Counted from the stretch's first letter, positions 23,540 through 36,767 are shown. The stretch is 64,000 nt of DNA from an uncultured Acidobacteriota bacterium (GCA_963829355.1 CAWHHZ010000013.1:64584-128583); one strand, 5' to 3'. The notes: generated by a model not told the origin, from the sequence alone. A program made the numbers and translations.

Positions 23540-24192
23540 AGAAACTGCTGCTGATCAGCCTGCTCGCGGTGGCCGGCGCCATGCCCGTCGCTGCGCAGGA
23601 ACACCAGGAAGAGGTCCCCGCCGGAACGGTTGCTCACGGCTCGATCGAGGAAGCGCACGAAGAAGCGTATCCGCCGGCAGAGCACGAGGCACCGCACGAG
23701 GAGCGTACCTACTTCGGCGTACCGGGCTGGATCCTCAAGCTCGCGAACATGATTCTTTTCCTCGGCGTTCTCGGCTGGCTTCTCAAGGGGCCGATCTCGA
23801 ATGCCTTCCGGGATCGCAGGAAAGCGATCACTACGCGTCTTTCGGAAGCAGACATCCGCCGCGAGCGATCGGAGCGGATGAGCGAAGAGATTCAGGAGCG
23901 GCTGGCAAAGGTCGAGGGGGAGCTCGACGCGATCCGCGCACGCGCTGAAGAAGAGGGACGTCGGCAGGGACAGCAGATCGTCGAGAACTCGGAGCGGGAA
24001 GCCGAGAAGATTCTCGCTGCAGCCCGCAGCGAGATCGACCAGCGTCTCAGCCAGGCGCGCCGGGAGCTGAAAGCGTATGCCGCTGAGCTCGCCACCGATC
24101 GGGCACACGACCTGGTCGCGACCTCGATCGACGAGCGAGACAGGAACGCGCTGTTTCAGCAGAGCGTCGATCGCATCCGGGAGGCGAAATGA
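23536..24192 (+). CDS. atpF: ATP synthase F0 subunit b with an unusual N-terminal signal-peptide-like segment and a His/Glu-rich extension
   Basis: 218 aa; MKKLLLISLLAVAGAMPVAAQE then HQEEVPAGTVAHGSIEEAHEEAYPPAEHEAPHEE, then TM GWILKLANMILFLGVLGWLL and the b-subunit coiled coil. Confidence 0.8.
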   Translation: MKKLLLISLLAVAGAMPVAAQEHQEEVPAGTVAHGSIEEAHEEAYPPAEHEAPHEERTYFGVPGWILKLANMILFLGVLGWLLKGPISNAFRDRRKAITTRLSEADIRRERSERMSEEIQERLAKVEGELDAIRARAEEEGRRQGQQIVENSEREAEKILAAARSEIDQRLSQARRELKAYAAELATDRAHDLVATSIDERDRNALFQQSVDRIREAK

Positions 24193-24722
24193 TCCGCAGT
24201 TACGCGCGCCCCTACGCGAAGGCAATCTTCGAGGTGGTGGAGTCGCCCGCGCAGGCCCGCTCGATTCACGAGGAGCTGAGCCGCTTCGAGACCGTCAGGC
24301 GGGATTCGCAGCAGCTCAGGGATGCGATGGAGAACCCGGCGGTCGGGATGGATTCCCGGATCGGCATCATCGGCCAGATTTCGGCTCGCCTGGAGATCTC
24401 GCCGCTTGCGATCCGGATCCTGGAGGTGCTGGCCCGCAACCATCGGATCAACCAGCTCGGTGCGGTTCTCGAGGCGCTCGGCCAGATGATCAACGACGAG
24501 GCAGGGATCGCTGTGGCGAAGGTGCGCGCAGCGCACCAGTTGAGCGACGCGCAGCGAAGCGAGCTCCGCGCCGCGCTCGAAGCGCGATTCGGCAAGAAGA
24601 TAGACCTTGATGTGTCGACCGATCCCGCGCTGCTCGGCGGCTTCGTCGCACAGATCGACAGTGAAATTTACGATGCATCGGTTCGGGGACGGATCGAGAA
24701 CCTGCGCGAGTCGCTGGTTTAG
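24189..24722 (+). CDS. atpH: ATP synthase F1 subunit delta (OSCP)
   Basis: 177 aa; MIRSYARPYAKAIFEV N-terminus typical of delta. Confidence 0.9.
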   Translation: MIRSYARPYAKAIFEVVESPAQARSIHEELSRFETVRRDSQQLRDAMENPAVGMDSRIGIIGQISARLEISPLAIRILEVLARNHRINQLGAVLEALGQMINDEAGIAVAKVRAAHQLSDAQRSELRAALEARFGKKIDLDVSTDPALLGGFVAQIDSEIYDASVRGRIENLRESLV

Positions 24723-24740
24723 CAACGCTTAGGAGCGAAT

Positions 24741-26325
<1,585 letters not shown>

Positions 26326-26333
<8 letters not shown>

Positions 26334-27177
26334 TACGATCGATATCCGACGCCGGATCCGCAGCGTGAAGAACACGCAGCAGATCACCAAGGCGATGAAG
26401 ATGGTTGCGGCGGCGAAGTTGCGTCGCGCGCAGGACCGGATCATGGCAGCACGTCCGTACTCGGCGGCCATGATGGAGGTTCTCAGCTCGGTCGCGTCCC
26501 GCGTCGAGGTTGCTGATCACCCGCTCCTCACCGAACGTGAGGAAAACCGCGTTCTTCTTCTCGTCGTCACCGGAGACAAGGGACTCGCGGGAGCGTTCAA
26601 CGCGAGTGTCATCAAGATGGCGCAGCGGGCGATGGACGAGCACCAGTGGTCGAGCGTGCAGCTCGTGCTGCTCGGCAAGAAGGGAGCAGACTTCTTCCGG
26701 AGACGCTCCATCCCCATCCGCCACACTGAGTCCGATATTTTTCAGGCCCTGTCGATCGAGCGCGCCAATGTGGTGAGCGACCTCCTTATCCAGGACTACG
26801 TTACGGAGAAGATCGACGCGGTTTATGTGGTGTACAACGAGTTCAAATCGGTGATCCAGCAGAACCTCCGCGTCGAGCGGATTCTGCCGTTCAACCGGCT
26901 GAAGGATGACGCTCCGACGGTCGAGTATCTGTACGAGCCCGGGCCGGTCGAGATTCTTCAGGAGCTTCTGCCGAAGCACGTCGAGTTTCAGCTCTACCGG
27001 ATTCTGCTCGAGTCGGCAGCGGCGGAGCACGGAGCGCGCATGACGGCCATGGATGCAGCGTCGAAGAACGCCGCGGACATGATCGAAAGTCTGACGCTCA
27101 AGTACAACCGGATGCGTCAGGCATCCATCACGACAGAAATCATCGAGATTGTCTCGGGCGCGGCAGCACTCGGCTGA
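26326..27177 (+). CDS. atpG: ATP synthase F1 subunit gamma (GTG start overlapping the atpA stop)
   Basis: [36 protein letters not shown] canonical gamma N-terminus; the ORF track start at 26191 is upstream in-frame read-through. Confidence 0.93.
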
Positions 27178-28659
<1,482 letters not shown>

Positions 28660-28662
28660 TCC

Positions 28663-29073
28663 ATGGCGGACACCATCTCATTGACGGTCGTGACGCGTGA
28701 GCGTCGGATGCTCGAGGAGGAAGTCGACGAAGTCGTTCTTCCCGCGGCGAACGGCTATCTCGGAGTCCTTCCCGGTCACACGCCGACCCTCACGACCCTG
28801 CGGGTGGGTGAGTTGATGTATCGGCAGGGAAGCACCGAATATCACATGGTGCTCCGCTGGGGATTCGCCGAGATTCTTCCGAATCGGGTCATCGTGCTCG
28901 CCGAGGGTGCCGTGAGGAGCGACGAGATCGATCTGGCCAGGGCTGAGCGCGCGCGCAAGGAGGCAGAGAAGGAGCTCGAATCCCTCGCCTCGCACGACGA
29001 AGGATTCGCCTGCGCTCAGGCGAAGCTCGAAGAGTCGATCAGCATGATTGCGATTGCGGGGCGGAGGGGCTGA
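28663..29073 (+). CDS. atpC: ATP synthase F1 subunit epsilon
   Basis: 136 aa; typical epsilon beta-sandwich plus helical hairpin. Confidence 0.92.
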   Translation: MADTISLTVVTRERRMLEEEVDEVVLPAANGYLGVLPGHTPTLTTLRVGELMYRQGSTEYHMVLRWGFAEILPNRVIVLAEGAVRSDEIDLARAERARKEAEKELESLASHDEGFACAQAKLEESISMIAIAGRRG

Positions 29074-29770
29074 TCAGTCCCTTCGCCACGTAAGAGGCCC
29101 TACCGACGTGGCCGACACATTCGAGAAGCTCGCCAGGGCGATCCTGCAGCGAAGTCCTGATGTCGCGCACGACATCAAGACGCCGCTGAACATCGTCGTG
29201 CTTCACGTGGAGCTTCTGAAAATGCAGTTGCGCCGTCTCGGTGCCGAGGTCGAGAGCGACGAGAAGGTTCAGGAGCACTGTCGATCGATCGACCGGGAGA
29301 CGAGAAGAATCTCGGCGATCGCGGACGCATATCTCTCGGTGGCACAACTCCCCGCGGACGACGCACCTGCAAGGCGTGACGCGACGGCGGCGTTCGGAGA
29401 AGAGCTGCGGGAGGCGGGGTTCTCCGTGAAGCATTCGGAGCTGTGCGAGCTCATGGTTTACTCTTCCAGGCTCGACAAGGCGGCGAAACAGTTTGCGATA
29501 GGGCTGGCTGGCGTGATCGAGCCTTCGAAATCGATTGCTGACTGCACAGTCGAGGAAGGGCTGCTGACCCTCGAGATAGAAGGCCCGTTGCGCGATGAAA
29601 CAGCAGAGATCGGTAAGTTGTTCAAATTCTATTACACTGATCCATCCGGTGAGCCGAATCTCCAGATGGCCTCGGCGCGGCTGCTGATCGAGTCGATGGG
29701 TGGGTTGGTCGAAATGCAGGTCTCGGAAGAGATCGTCCGTTTCCGTATCGAACTTCAGGGTGATGAATGA
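29048..29770 (+). CDS. Soluble histidine-kinase-like protein: HisKA/DHp with the H-box (HDIKTPLNIV) but a degenerate catalytic/ATP-binding domain; TTG at 29048 or GTG at 29108
   Basis: The H-box is present; the C-terminus has only a G2-like ASARLLIESMGGLVEMQV; no clear N box or DxGxG; no TM/sensor domain. Overlaps the atpC stop and is ATGA-coupled to the downstream response regulator. Confidence 0.65.
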   Translation: MRLRGGGADQSLRHVRGPTDVADTFEKLARAILQRSPDVAHDIKTPLNIVVLHVELLKMQLRRLGAEVESDEKVQEHCRSIDRETRRISAIADAYLSVAQLPADDAPARRDATAAFGEELREAGFSVKHSELCELMVYSSRLDKAAKQFAIGLAGVIEPSKSIADCTVEEGLLTLEIEGPLRDETAEIGKLFKFYYTDPSGEPNLQMASARLLIESMGGLVEMQVSEEIVRFRIELQGDE

Positions 29771-31275
29771 CCAGAATTCTAATTGTCGATGATGATCGTG
29801 CGACCAGCGCCGGTATGGCCGATGTCGTGGAGGATTGGGGATACGAGGCCGAGATCTCCGATGACCTGGCGGGTGCGTGGAAGTCGATTCAGAAGCTCGT
29901 GCCGGACATCGCACTCCTCGATCTGAAACTTCCCGATGGGTCGGGTCTCGATCTGCTCAAGCAGATCAAGGAGGACTACCCCGACATTCCGGTCATCATC
30001 CTCACCGGACACGCGACGGTCGACTCCGCCGTCGACGCTCTCAAGCAGGGAGCAGAGGACTACCTCACCAAGCCGGTCGATCTTTCGCGGCTCGAGGTCA
30101 TGCTCCGCAATCTTCAGGACAAGACTGAGCTGCGCCAGGAAGTTCTCGAGCTGAGACGCCAGCTTCAGAAGATGGGAGCGCTCGGCCACCTCGTCGGAAA
30201 GTCTCCCGCGATGCAGAAGCTGTTTCAGGAGATCGAGATGGTCTCGAGCACCGATGCGAACGTCTTCATCGTCGGTGAATCCGGGTCCGGAAAAGAAGTC
30301 GTCTCCAACACGATCCACAGCCTCTCGCGCCGGAAGAACAAACCGTTCGTCGCCTTCAACTGCGGAGCGATCTCGCCGACGCTGATCGAGTCCGAGATCT
30401 TCGGACACGAGAAGGGAGCGTTCACGAACGCCGTCAAGCGACGCGAAGGCTACTTTGAGCTCGCCAAGGGCGGAACCGTGTTTCTCGACGAGATCACCGA
30501 GATGCCGCTCGACCTGCAGGTCAAGCTGCTTCGTGTTCTCGAGGAAGGAAAGTTCCGGCGGGTCGGCGGCAATCAGGAGATTGACATCGATGCCCGCATC
30601 GTCGCCGCCTCGAACCGGGATCCTCTGGCCGCCATCGAGCAGGGAAAGCTGCGTGAGGATCTGTACTACCGACTGAACGTGTTCCCGATCGAGGTACCCC
30701 CGCTCAGGGAGCGCAAGGAAGACATCCCGCTGTTCGCGTTCCATTTCCTCGAGATGCTCAAGGAACAGGAAGACAAGGAAGTCGAGAAGCTCTCTCCGGA
30801 GTTCCAGGAAGCGCTCGAGCGCTACGACTGGCCGGGGAACGTCCGTGAGCTCCGCAACATCATCAACCGCGCGTTCATCATGGCGCGCGGCGATACATTG
30901 ACGGTCGACTCTCTTCCGGACAAGTTCCTTCGAGGCGCTCGTCGCAGAAAAACGTCGCTGACGCTTCCGATCGGAAAGTCGCTCGAGGAGATCGAGAGAC
31001 TGGTTGCGCGGGAGACACTCGTCTGGGCAGAAGGCGACAAGGATCGGGCCGCGGAGACTCTGGGAGTGTCGGAGAAGGATTACGAGGAGTTGCTCGAGCT
31101 CGCCTCGGAAGATGTAGAGGAAGTCTCGGACGATGACGGGGACAGCAAAGCGAAGCCCTCGTCCACGAAAAAGAAGACCTCGGCAAAGAAGAAGACGAAG
31201 GCACCCACGAAAAGCACGAAGAAGTCCTCTTCCACCAAGGGAAGCAAGAGAAAGAAGAAGACAGCGAAGAGCTGA
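29767..31275 (+). CDS. Sigma54-dependent response regulator (REC + AAA+ sigma54 activator + Fis-type HTH) with a C-terminal Lys-rich histone-H1-like tail
   Basis: REC (ILIVDDD...D54-like [10 protein letters not shown]), GESGSGKE Walker A, GAFTNA, ESELFGH, Fis [11 protein letters not shown]. The tail is [40 protein letters not shown]. Confidence 0.9.
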   Translation: MTRILIVDDDRATSAGMADVVEDWGYEAEISDDLAGAWKSIQKLVPDIALLDLKLPDGSGLDLLKQIKEDYPDIPVIILTGHATVDSAVDALKQGAEDYLTKPVDLSRLEVMLRNLQDKTELRQEVLELRRQLQKMGALGHLVGKSPAMQKLFQEIEMVSSTDANVFIVGESGSGKEVVSNTIHSLSRRKNKPFVAFNCGAISPTLIESEIFGHEKGAFTNAVKRREGYFELAKGGTVFLDEITEMPLDLQVKLLRVLEEGKFRRVGGNQEIDIDARIVAASNRDPLAAIEQGKLREDLYYRLNVFPIEVPPLRERKEDIPLFAFHFLEMLKEQEDKEVEKLSPEFQEALERYDWPGNVRELRNIINRAFIMARGDTLTVDSLPDKFLRGARRRKTSLTLPIGKSLEEIERLVARETLVWAEGDKDRAAETLGVSEKDYEELLELASEDVEEVSDDDGDSKAKPSSTKKKTSAKKKTKAPTKSTKKSSSTKGSKRKKKTAKS

Positions 31276-31362
31276 AGTCGGTCCCTGTCACCGACCGGTG
31301 CTCGGAATAACTGTCCGAGACCCGCTGGTTGAGCCAAACCGCCCAACCCCAAGCAGTGAGGA

Positions 31363-33804
31363 GTGGTCAATTTGGCTAAGGATCTCGTCATCGTCGAGTC
31401 GCCTGCAAAGGCGAAAACAATCAATAAGTTCATCGGCAACAACTACACCGTGAAGGCGTCGGTGGGTCACATTCGTGATCTTCCGAAAAGCTCTCTCGGC
31501 GTGGATGAGGAGACATTTCTCCCGACCTACGAGATTCTCGAAGGAAAGGAGAAGGTCGTTCGCGAGCTGAAGAAGGCCGCAAAGACAGCCGGCCAGATCT
31601 ACATCGCATCGGACCCTGATCGCGAGGGAGAAGCGATCGGCTGGCACGTCGTGAACATTCTCGGCAAGGATGCAGAGAAGGTTCGCCGCGTCCGCTTCCA
31701 CGAGATCACGAAGAACGCCGTCCAGAAGGCACTCGCCTCACCGGTCGTTCTCGACATGAATAAGGTCAACGCCCAGCAGGCGAGGCGTGTCCTCGATCGT
31801 CTGGTCGGCTACAAGCTCTCACCGCTCCTCTGGGACAAGGTCCGTCGCGGTTTGTCGGCCGGCCGGGTCCAGTCGGTCGCGCTGAAGATGATCGTCGACC
31901 GTGAGGCCGAGATCAAGGCATTCATCCCGGTCGAGTACTGGACGATCGCCGCGAATCTCGAAGGTAACAATCCTCCTCCTTTCATCGCCAAACTGACGAA
32001 GATCGACGGCAAGAAAGCCGAAGTCAATAATGAGGAAACCGCCCGTGAGATCGAGCGGGCCCTCAATGCCGGATCGTTCGTCGTCGAGAAGGTCGCGCGG
32101 AAAGAGCGTCAGAAGAAACCCCAGGCTCCGTTCACCACCTCGAAGCTCCAGCAGGAAGCTCACCGTCGCTATCGGTTTCCTGTAAGGCGGACCATGTCGG
32201 TGGCGCAGAAGCTCTACGAGGGTAAGGAAGTCGGCGCGGAAGGTCAGGTCGGTCTCATTACCTATATGAGAACCGACTCAGTCCGGGTATCCGACGAGGC
32301 GATCGACGAGGTACGCAAGGCGATTCAGGAAAAGTACGGCGAGCAGAATCTGCCGGACAAGCCGAATGTCTATCGGACGAAAAAGGGCGCCCAGGAAGGT
32401 CACGAGGCGATTCGCCCGACTTCGATGGAGCTCGACCCGGAGTCGATCAGGAAGCATCTGACCAAGGAAGAGTTCAATCTCTACAAGCTGATCTGGGATC
32501 GTTTCGTCGCATCGCAGATGAAGCCGGCAGTTTTCGACGTCACCGATGTGGAGATCGCCAACGGACCGTATCTCTTCAAGGTCTCGGGCGAGGTGATGAA
32601 GTTCCAGGGCTTCCTCTCGGTCTATCAGGATACGCGGGACCGGGACGACGCGCCGGAAGACGACAACTCGAAGGACTTGCCGCCGTTGAACGAGAACGAT
32701 GCGCTGAAACTGCTCGGCACGCTCGACACGAGGCAGAACTTCACGCAGCCGCCTCCGCGGTATACCGAGGCGACGCTCGTCAAGGCGCTGGAGGAGAACG
32801 GAATCGGCCGTCCCTCGACGTACGGCTCGATTCTTCAGACGATTCAGTCGCGCGACTACAGCTACAAGGAAGACGCGCGTTTCGTACCCACCCAGCTCGG
32901 CGTTCTCGTGACGGGGCTCCTTCAGGAATCATTCGCCGGTCTGATCAACGAGAAGTACACCGCGCAACTCGAGGAAGAGCTCGACGAGATCGAGGAAGGG
33001 AAGGTCGACTGGCAGGACGCGCTCAAGCGCTTCGCGAAGCAGTTCGAGAAGGACCTCACCCGCGCCGGCAAGGAGATGCGCCAGATCAAGGGAGAGGGCG
33101 TTCCCACTGACGAGAAGTGCGAGAACTGCGGCTCTCCGATGGCCATCAAGTTCGGCCGCTTCGGTGAATTCATCGCCTGCACGAACTATCCGGACTGCAA
33201 GACCACCAAGGAAGTTGCGCGGGGCGACGAAGAGCAGAGCGACGAGGAGAAGGAAGAGGTCATCTGCGACAAGTGCAACAAGCCGATGCAGCTCAAGCGC
33301 TCGCGGTTCGGACAGTTCTACGCATGCACCGGTTATCCGGACTGCAAGAACACGAAGGACCCGCGTCTCCTCAAGACCGATCTGCCCGAGACGGCGGAGG
33401 AAGCGTGCGAGAAGTGTGGCGGCGAGATGGTGCTCAAGAGCGGGCGCTACGGTCCGTTCTACAGTTGCTCGGCGTACCCGGAGTGCAAGAACATCCGTAA
33501 GATCGGCGGCGGAAAAGGCGGCGCGGCGGCAGAGCCGACGGGCGTGACATGCCCGGAGTGTGGCGAGGGTGAGATCGTGCAGAGGATGTCTCGTCGCGGT
33601 CCGTTCTACGCGTGCAATCGCTACCCGAAGTGCAAGTTCTCGCTCTCGTACAAGCCGATCGGCCGTCCCTGTCCGCAGTGCGACAAGAAGTACCTGATCG
33701 AGAAGGAGCTCAAGCGGGAAGGGCACATCGAGCAGTGCGTCGACAAGGACTGCGGCTACCGCGCCCCCTTCGGCTCCAGCGACAAAGGCGAATCAGCAAG
33801 CTAG
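31363..33804 (+). CDS. topA: DNA topoisomerase I (start possibly TTG at 31372, 9 nt after GAGGAG)
   Basis: 813 aa; TOPRIM N-terminus LVIVESPAKAKTI, active-site Tyr region, multiple C-terminal C4 zinc ribbons. Confidence 0.96.
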   Translation: MVNLAKDLVIVESPAKAKTINKFIGNNYTVKASVGHIRDLPKSSLGVDEETFLPTYEILEGKEKVVRELKKAAKTAGQIYIASDPDREGEAIGWHVVNILGKDAEKVRRVRFHEITKNAVQKALASPVVLDMNKVNAQQARRVLDRLVGYKLSPLLWDKVRRGLSAGRVQSVALKMIVDREAEIKAFIPVEYWTIAANLEGNNPPPFIAKLTKIDGKKAEVNNEETAREIERALNAGSFVVEKVARKERQKKPQAPFTTSKLQQEAHRRYRFPVRRTMSVAQKLYEGKEVGAEGQVGLITYMRTDSVRVSDEAIDEVRKAIQEKYGEQNLPDKPNVYRTKKGAQEGHEAIRPTSMELDPESIRKHLTKEEFNLYKLIWDRFVASQMKPAVFDVTDVEIANGPYLFKVSGEVMKFQGFLSVYQDTRDRDDAPEDDNSKDLPPLNENDALKLLGTLDTRQNFTQPPPRYTEATLVKALEENGIGRPSTYGSILQTIQSRDYSYKEDARFVPTQLGVLVTGLLQESFAGLINEKYTAQLEEELDEIEEGKVDWQDALKRFAKQFEKDLTRAGKEMRQIKGEGVPTDEKCENCGSPMAIKFGRFGEFIACTNYPDCKTTKEVARGDEEQSDEEKEEVICDKCNKPMQLKRSRFGQFYACTGYPDCKNTKDPRLLKTDLPETAEEACEKCGGEMVLKSGRYGPFYSCSAYPECKNIRKIGGGKGGAAAEPTGVTCPECGEGEIVQRMSRRGPFYACNRYPKCKFSLSYKPIGRPCPQCDKKYLIEKELKREGHIEQCVDKDCGYRAPFGSSDKGESAS

Positions 33805-33830
33805 GGCTTCAACGAGCGCAGCACCCGAAA

Positions 33831-33866
33831 CTGTCATTCCGAACGAGCGAAGCGAGGAGGAATCTC
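33831..33866. repeat. Truncated family-B element terminus (ctgtcattccgaacgagcgaagcgaggaggaatc)
   Basis: Matches the reverse complement of the right arm of the family-B element at 43889-43991. Confidence 0.6.
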
Positions 33867-33878
33867 AACTCGGAGGCA

Positions 33879-35069
33879 CTACGTCAGCGTTCCGAGGAAC
33901 TTCCGTACTGGCGGGCCGATCAGGTCGAAGTCGATCAGGAAGGCGTCGTGACCTTTCGGTGTGTCGATCTCGAGATGGGTCGAGCGGATCCCGAGCTGCT
34001 CGAAGGCCTCCTGGACTTTCGCGACCTCGCGCGGCGGAAAGAGCCAGTCGGTCGTGAACGAGATCAGGAGCGCGGGCGCTTCTAGATCCGAGAACGCTTC
34101 GATGAGCGATCCGAACTGCTCGTCGAGATCCATCTCGTCCATCGCTGCCTGGACACGGATGTACGAGTTCGCATCGTAGCTTCCGGCGAACTTCTTTCCC
34201 TGATATTCGAAGTACGAGTCGATCTCGAACTGTCTGGTCCCATGACGACGCTGGCGACCGAACTTCGACTCGAGTGATTCGAGTGAGAGATAGGTCATGT
34301 GGCCGACCATGCGCGCCACTTCGAGCCCTCTCAATGGCCGGCCGTGCTGGTAGTAGTCGCCCCCCTGGAAGTCGTCGTCGGCTTCGATGATCTTCCGGCC
34401 GATGATGTGCCAGCCGACTCCCTCCACCGGGACCGCCGATGATGCGGCCATCGCAATGAGCGACCGCATTCGTTTCGGATGGAGCGCACCCCACAGGAAC
34501 ACCTGCATGCCGCCGAGCGATCCGCCGACGACGGCGCGCAACGTGTCGATCCCGAGGTGATCGATGACGAGCCGCTCGGACTCCACCATGTCCTCGATCG
34601 TCACCCAGGGGTAGCTCGAACCGTATGGTTGCCCGCTCTCGGGACTGATCGAGGCCGGTCCCGTCGTACCCCAGCAGGAGCCGGGAAAATTGACGCAGAT
34701 GACGAAGGAGTCGTGGAGATCGATCGGTTTGCCATACCCGATGACTCCGTCCCACCAACCCGGCCGATCATCATCGGGAGAGAACTTTCCAGCGGCATGA
34801 GCGCTCGCGGAGAGAGCGTGACAGACGAGGATCGCGTTGGAGCGGTCTTCGTTCAGCTCGCCATAGGTCTCGTACAGAATCTCGAAAGGAGCGATGGTTC
34901 CGCCGTGCGTGAACGAAAATCCCTCTGGAAGCATCAGCTTCTTGGGAGGATCCGCGAGGAAGGTGTCTTCGATGATCGGGTGGGGCGCCATGCAGTAGGA
35001 GGCGAAGGATATCAGCGACGCAATCCGAATGCGATGTCCGGACCTGGTCCCGAGGCGCAATGACACCAT
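33879..35069 (-). CDS. metX: Homoserine O-acetyltransferase (alpha/beta hydrolase, MetX); real start may be internal (MAPHPIIEDTF)
   Basis: GGSLGGMQVFLWGALHP nucleophile elbow, AF/MDL motifs. A family-A element begins 3 bp upstream of the longest-ORF start. Confidence 0.85.
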   Translation of the reverse strand: MVSLRLGTRSGHRIRIASLISFASYCMAPHPIIEDTFLADPPKKLMLPEGFSFTHGGTIAPFEILYETYGELNEDRSNAILVCHALSASAHAAGKFSPDDDRPGWWDGVIGYGKPIDLHDSFVICVNFPGSCWGTTGPASISPESGQPYGSSYPWVTIEDMVESERLVIDHLGIDTLRAVVGGSLGGMQVFLWGALHPKRMRSLIAMAASSAVPVEGVGWHIIGRKIIEADDDFQGGDYYQHGRPLRGLEVARMVGHMTYLSLESLESKFGRQRRHGTRQFEIDSYFEYQGKKFAGSYDANSYIRVQAAMDEMDLDEQFGSLIEAFSDLEAPALLISFTTDWLFPPREVAKVQEAFEQLGIRSTHLEIDTPKGHDAFLIDFDLIGPPVRKFLGTLT

Positions 35070-35072
35070 TTC

Positions 35073-35182
35073 GTCATCCTGAGCGAAGCGAAGGATCGCG
35101 TGGAGTCATACTCGCCCTCGATTCCCCCCGCAATTCACGTCCAGTCAACCCGTACGCGATCCTTCGCTTCGCTCAGGATGAC
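35073..35182. repeat. Family-A palindromic element with perfect 29 bp terminal inverted repeats (gtcatcctgagcgaagcgaaggatcgcgt ... acgcgatccttcgcttcgctcaggatgac)
   Basis: Read directly; the central ~50 bp is shared with the copy at 10058. Confidence 0.9.
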
Positions 35183-35192
35183 TGCATCGACG

Positions 35193-35210
35193 GTCACATG
35201 ATGATGTGAC
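35193..35210. promoter_or_regulatory. Palindrome GTCACAT-GATG-ATGTGAC about 75 bp upstream of cydA (candidate operator)
   Basis: 7 bp perfect inverted repeat separated by 4 nt, in the metX/cydA divergent region. Confidence 0.35.
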
Positions 35211-35282
35211 GCCGGGAATGGTGGAACCTCTCCTCCCCCGGCTACGCTTCACTCGTTTGTCCGCCCACGGAGGGAGTGAGTC

Positions 35283-36767
35283 ATGGACGTCGTCTTTCTG
35301 TCGCGCCTGCAGTTTGCGCTGACAATCATGTTCCACTACATCTTTCCGCCCCTCACGATCGGTCTCTCGCTCGTGCTGGTCTACCTGCTGGCGATGCACG
35401 TCCGGACGAAGGAAGCGATCTACGATCGCGCCGCCCGGTTCTGGACGAAGATCTTCGGGCTCAACTTCGCCATCGGCGTCGCGACCGGAATCGTGATGGA
35501 GTTCCAGTTCGGGACGAACTGGGCCATCTATTCGCGATATGTCGGAGATGTCTTCGGTTCCGCTCTCGCCGCGGAAGGGATTTTCGCGTTCTTCCTCGAG
35601 TCGGGATTTCTGGCAGTGCTGCTGTTCGGATGGGACCGGGTTTCTTCAAAGTTCCATCTGTTCTCGGCGCTCATGGTCTCCCTGGGCTCGATGTTCTCGG
35701 CGGTCTGGATCACGGTTGCGAACTCGTGGCAGCAGACACCGGCGGGCTTCGTCCTCCGGGAGCATGTCGTCAACGGCCGGACGATGATGCGTGCGGAGAT
35801 CACGGACTTCTGGGCGATGGTGTTCAATCCCTCGTCGGTCCACCGTCTTCTTCACGTGTGGTTCGGCGCCTTCATTCTCGGCGCCTTCTTCGTGATGAGT
35901 ATCTCTGCCTGGTATCTCCTCAAGAAGAAGCACGAGGAGTTTGCGAAGCGCTCCTTTACGGGAGCACTCATCATGGCCACCGTCTTCTCGGTGGCTCAGC
36001 TCATCTCCGGCGATCTTCAGGCGGTCAATGTCGCCGAGCACCAGCCGGCGAAGCTCGCCGCGTTCGAAGGACTTTACGAGACCGAGAATGGCGCGCGCCT
36101 CTTCCTGTTCGGCTGGCCGGATGACGCCGCGGGCCGGACTCGGTATGGTGTCGCCGTTCCGGGGCTTCTCTCATTCCTGATCCACCGCGACTTCAATGCG
36201 AGCGTCCCGGGGCTCAACGAGCTCGAAGCGGAATGGGGCAAGCCGCCGGTCTGGATCTCGTTTCAGAGCTATCACCTGATGGTGATGATCGGCACGCTGT
36301 TCATCGCCTCCTGCGCGATCACGTTGTGGTTCCTCTGGCGGAAGACGCTCTTCGAAAGGCGATGGCTTCTCTGGTACTACGTATTCGCCGTCCTGCTCGC
36401 GTTCGCCGGAAACCAGCTCGGATGGGTCGCGGCAGAGGTAGGCCGGCAACCGTGGATCGTCTATCCGGTCGCCGTCGACGGCGTCGTGACGGGCGGGTTG
36501 CGCACCAGCGAGGCGATCTCGGAGGTCGTATCGGGTGGAGAGGTTCTCGGCTCCATCATCATGTTCGGGGTGATGTACGCGCTGTTGTTCATCATCTGGG
36601 TCTGGGTGCTCAACAACAAAATTCAGCACGGACCCGACCCCATGATTCCGGAGCCTCGATCATACGAGTGGCGAGGACTTCCTGGACGCTGCGTCGAGAC
36701 GACCCGGACACGATGGATCGATGACCGAAGCGAAGACGCATCCGGCGGGAGCTTGAGGAGAGCATGA
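35283..36767 (+). CDS. cydA: Cytochrome bd ubiquinol oxidase subunit I
   Basis: 494 aa; ATG preceded by GGAGGGA; Q-loop and heme-ligand context; ATGA overlap with cydB. Confidence 0.93.
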   Translation: MDVVFLSRLQFALTIMFHYIFPPLTIGLSLVLVYLLAMHVRTKEAIYDRAARFWTKIFGLNFAIGVATGIVMEFQFGTNWAIYSRYVGDVFGSALAAEGIFAFFLESGFLAVLLFGWDRVSSKFHLFSALMVSLGSMFSAVWITVANSWQQTPAGFVLREHVVNGRTMMRAEITDFWAMVFNPSSVHRLLHVWFGAFILGAFFVMSISAWYLLKKKHEEFAKRSFTGALIMATVFSVAQLISGDLQAVNVAEHQPAKLAAFEGLYETENGARLFLFGWPDDAAGRTRYGVAVPGLLSFLIHRDFNASVPGLNELEAEWGKPPVWISFQSYHLMVMIGTLFIASCAITLWFLWRKTLFERRWLLWYYVFAVLLAFAGNQLGWVAAEVGRQPWIVYPVAVDGVVTGGLRTSEAISEVVSGGEVLGSIIMFGVMYALLFIIWVWVLNNKIQHGPDPMIPEPRSYEWRGLPGRCVETTRTRWIDDRSEDASGGSLRRA

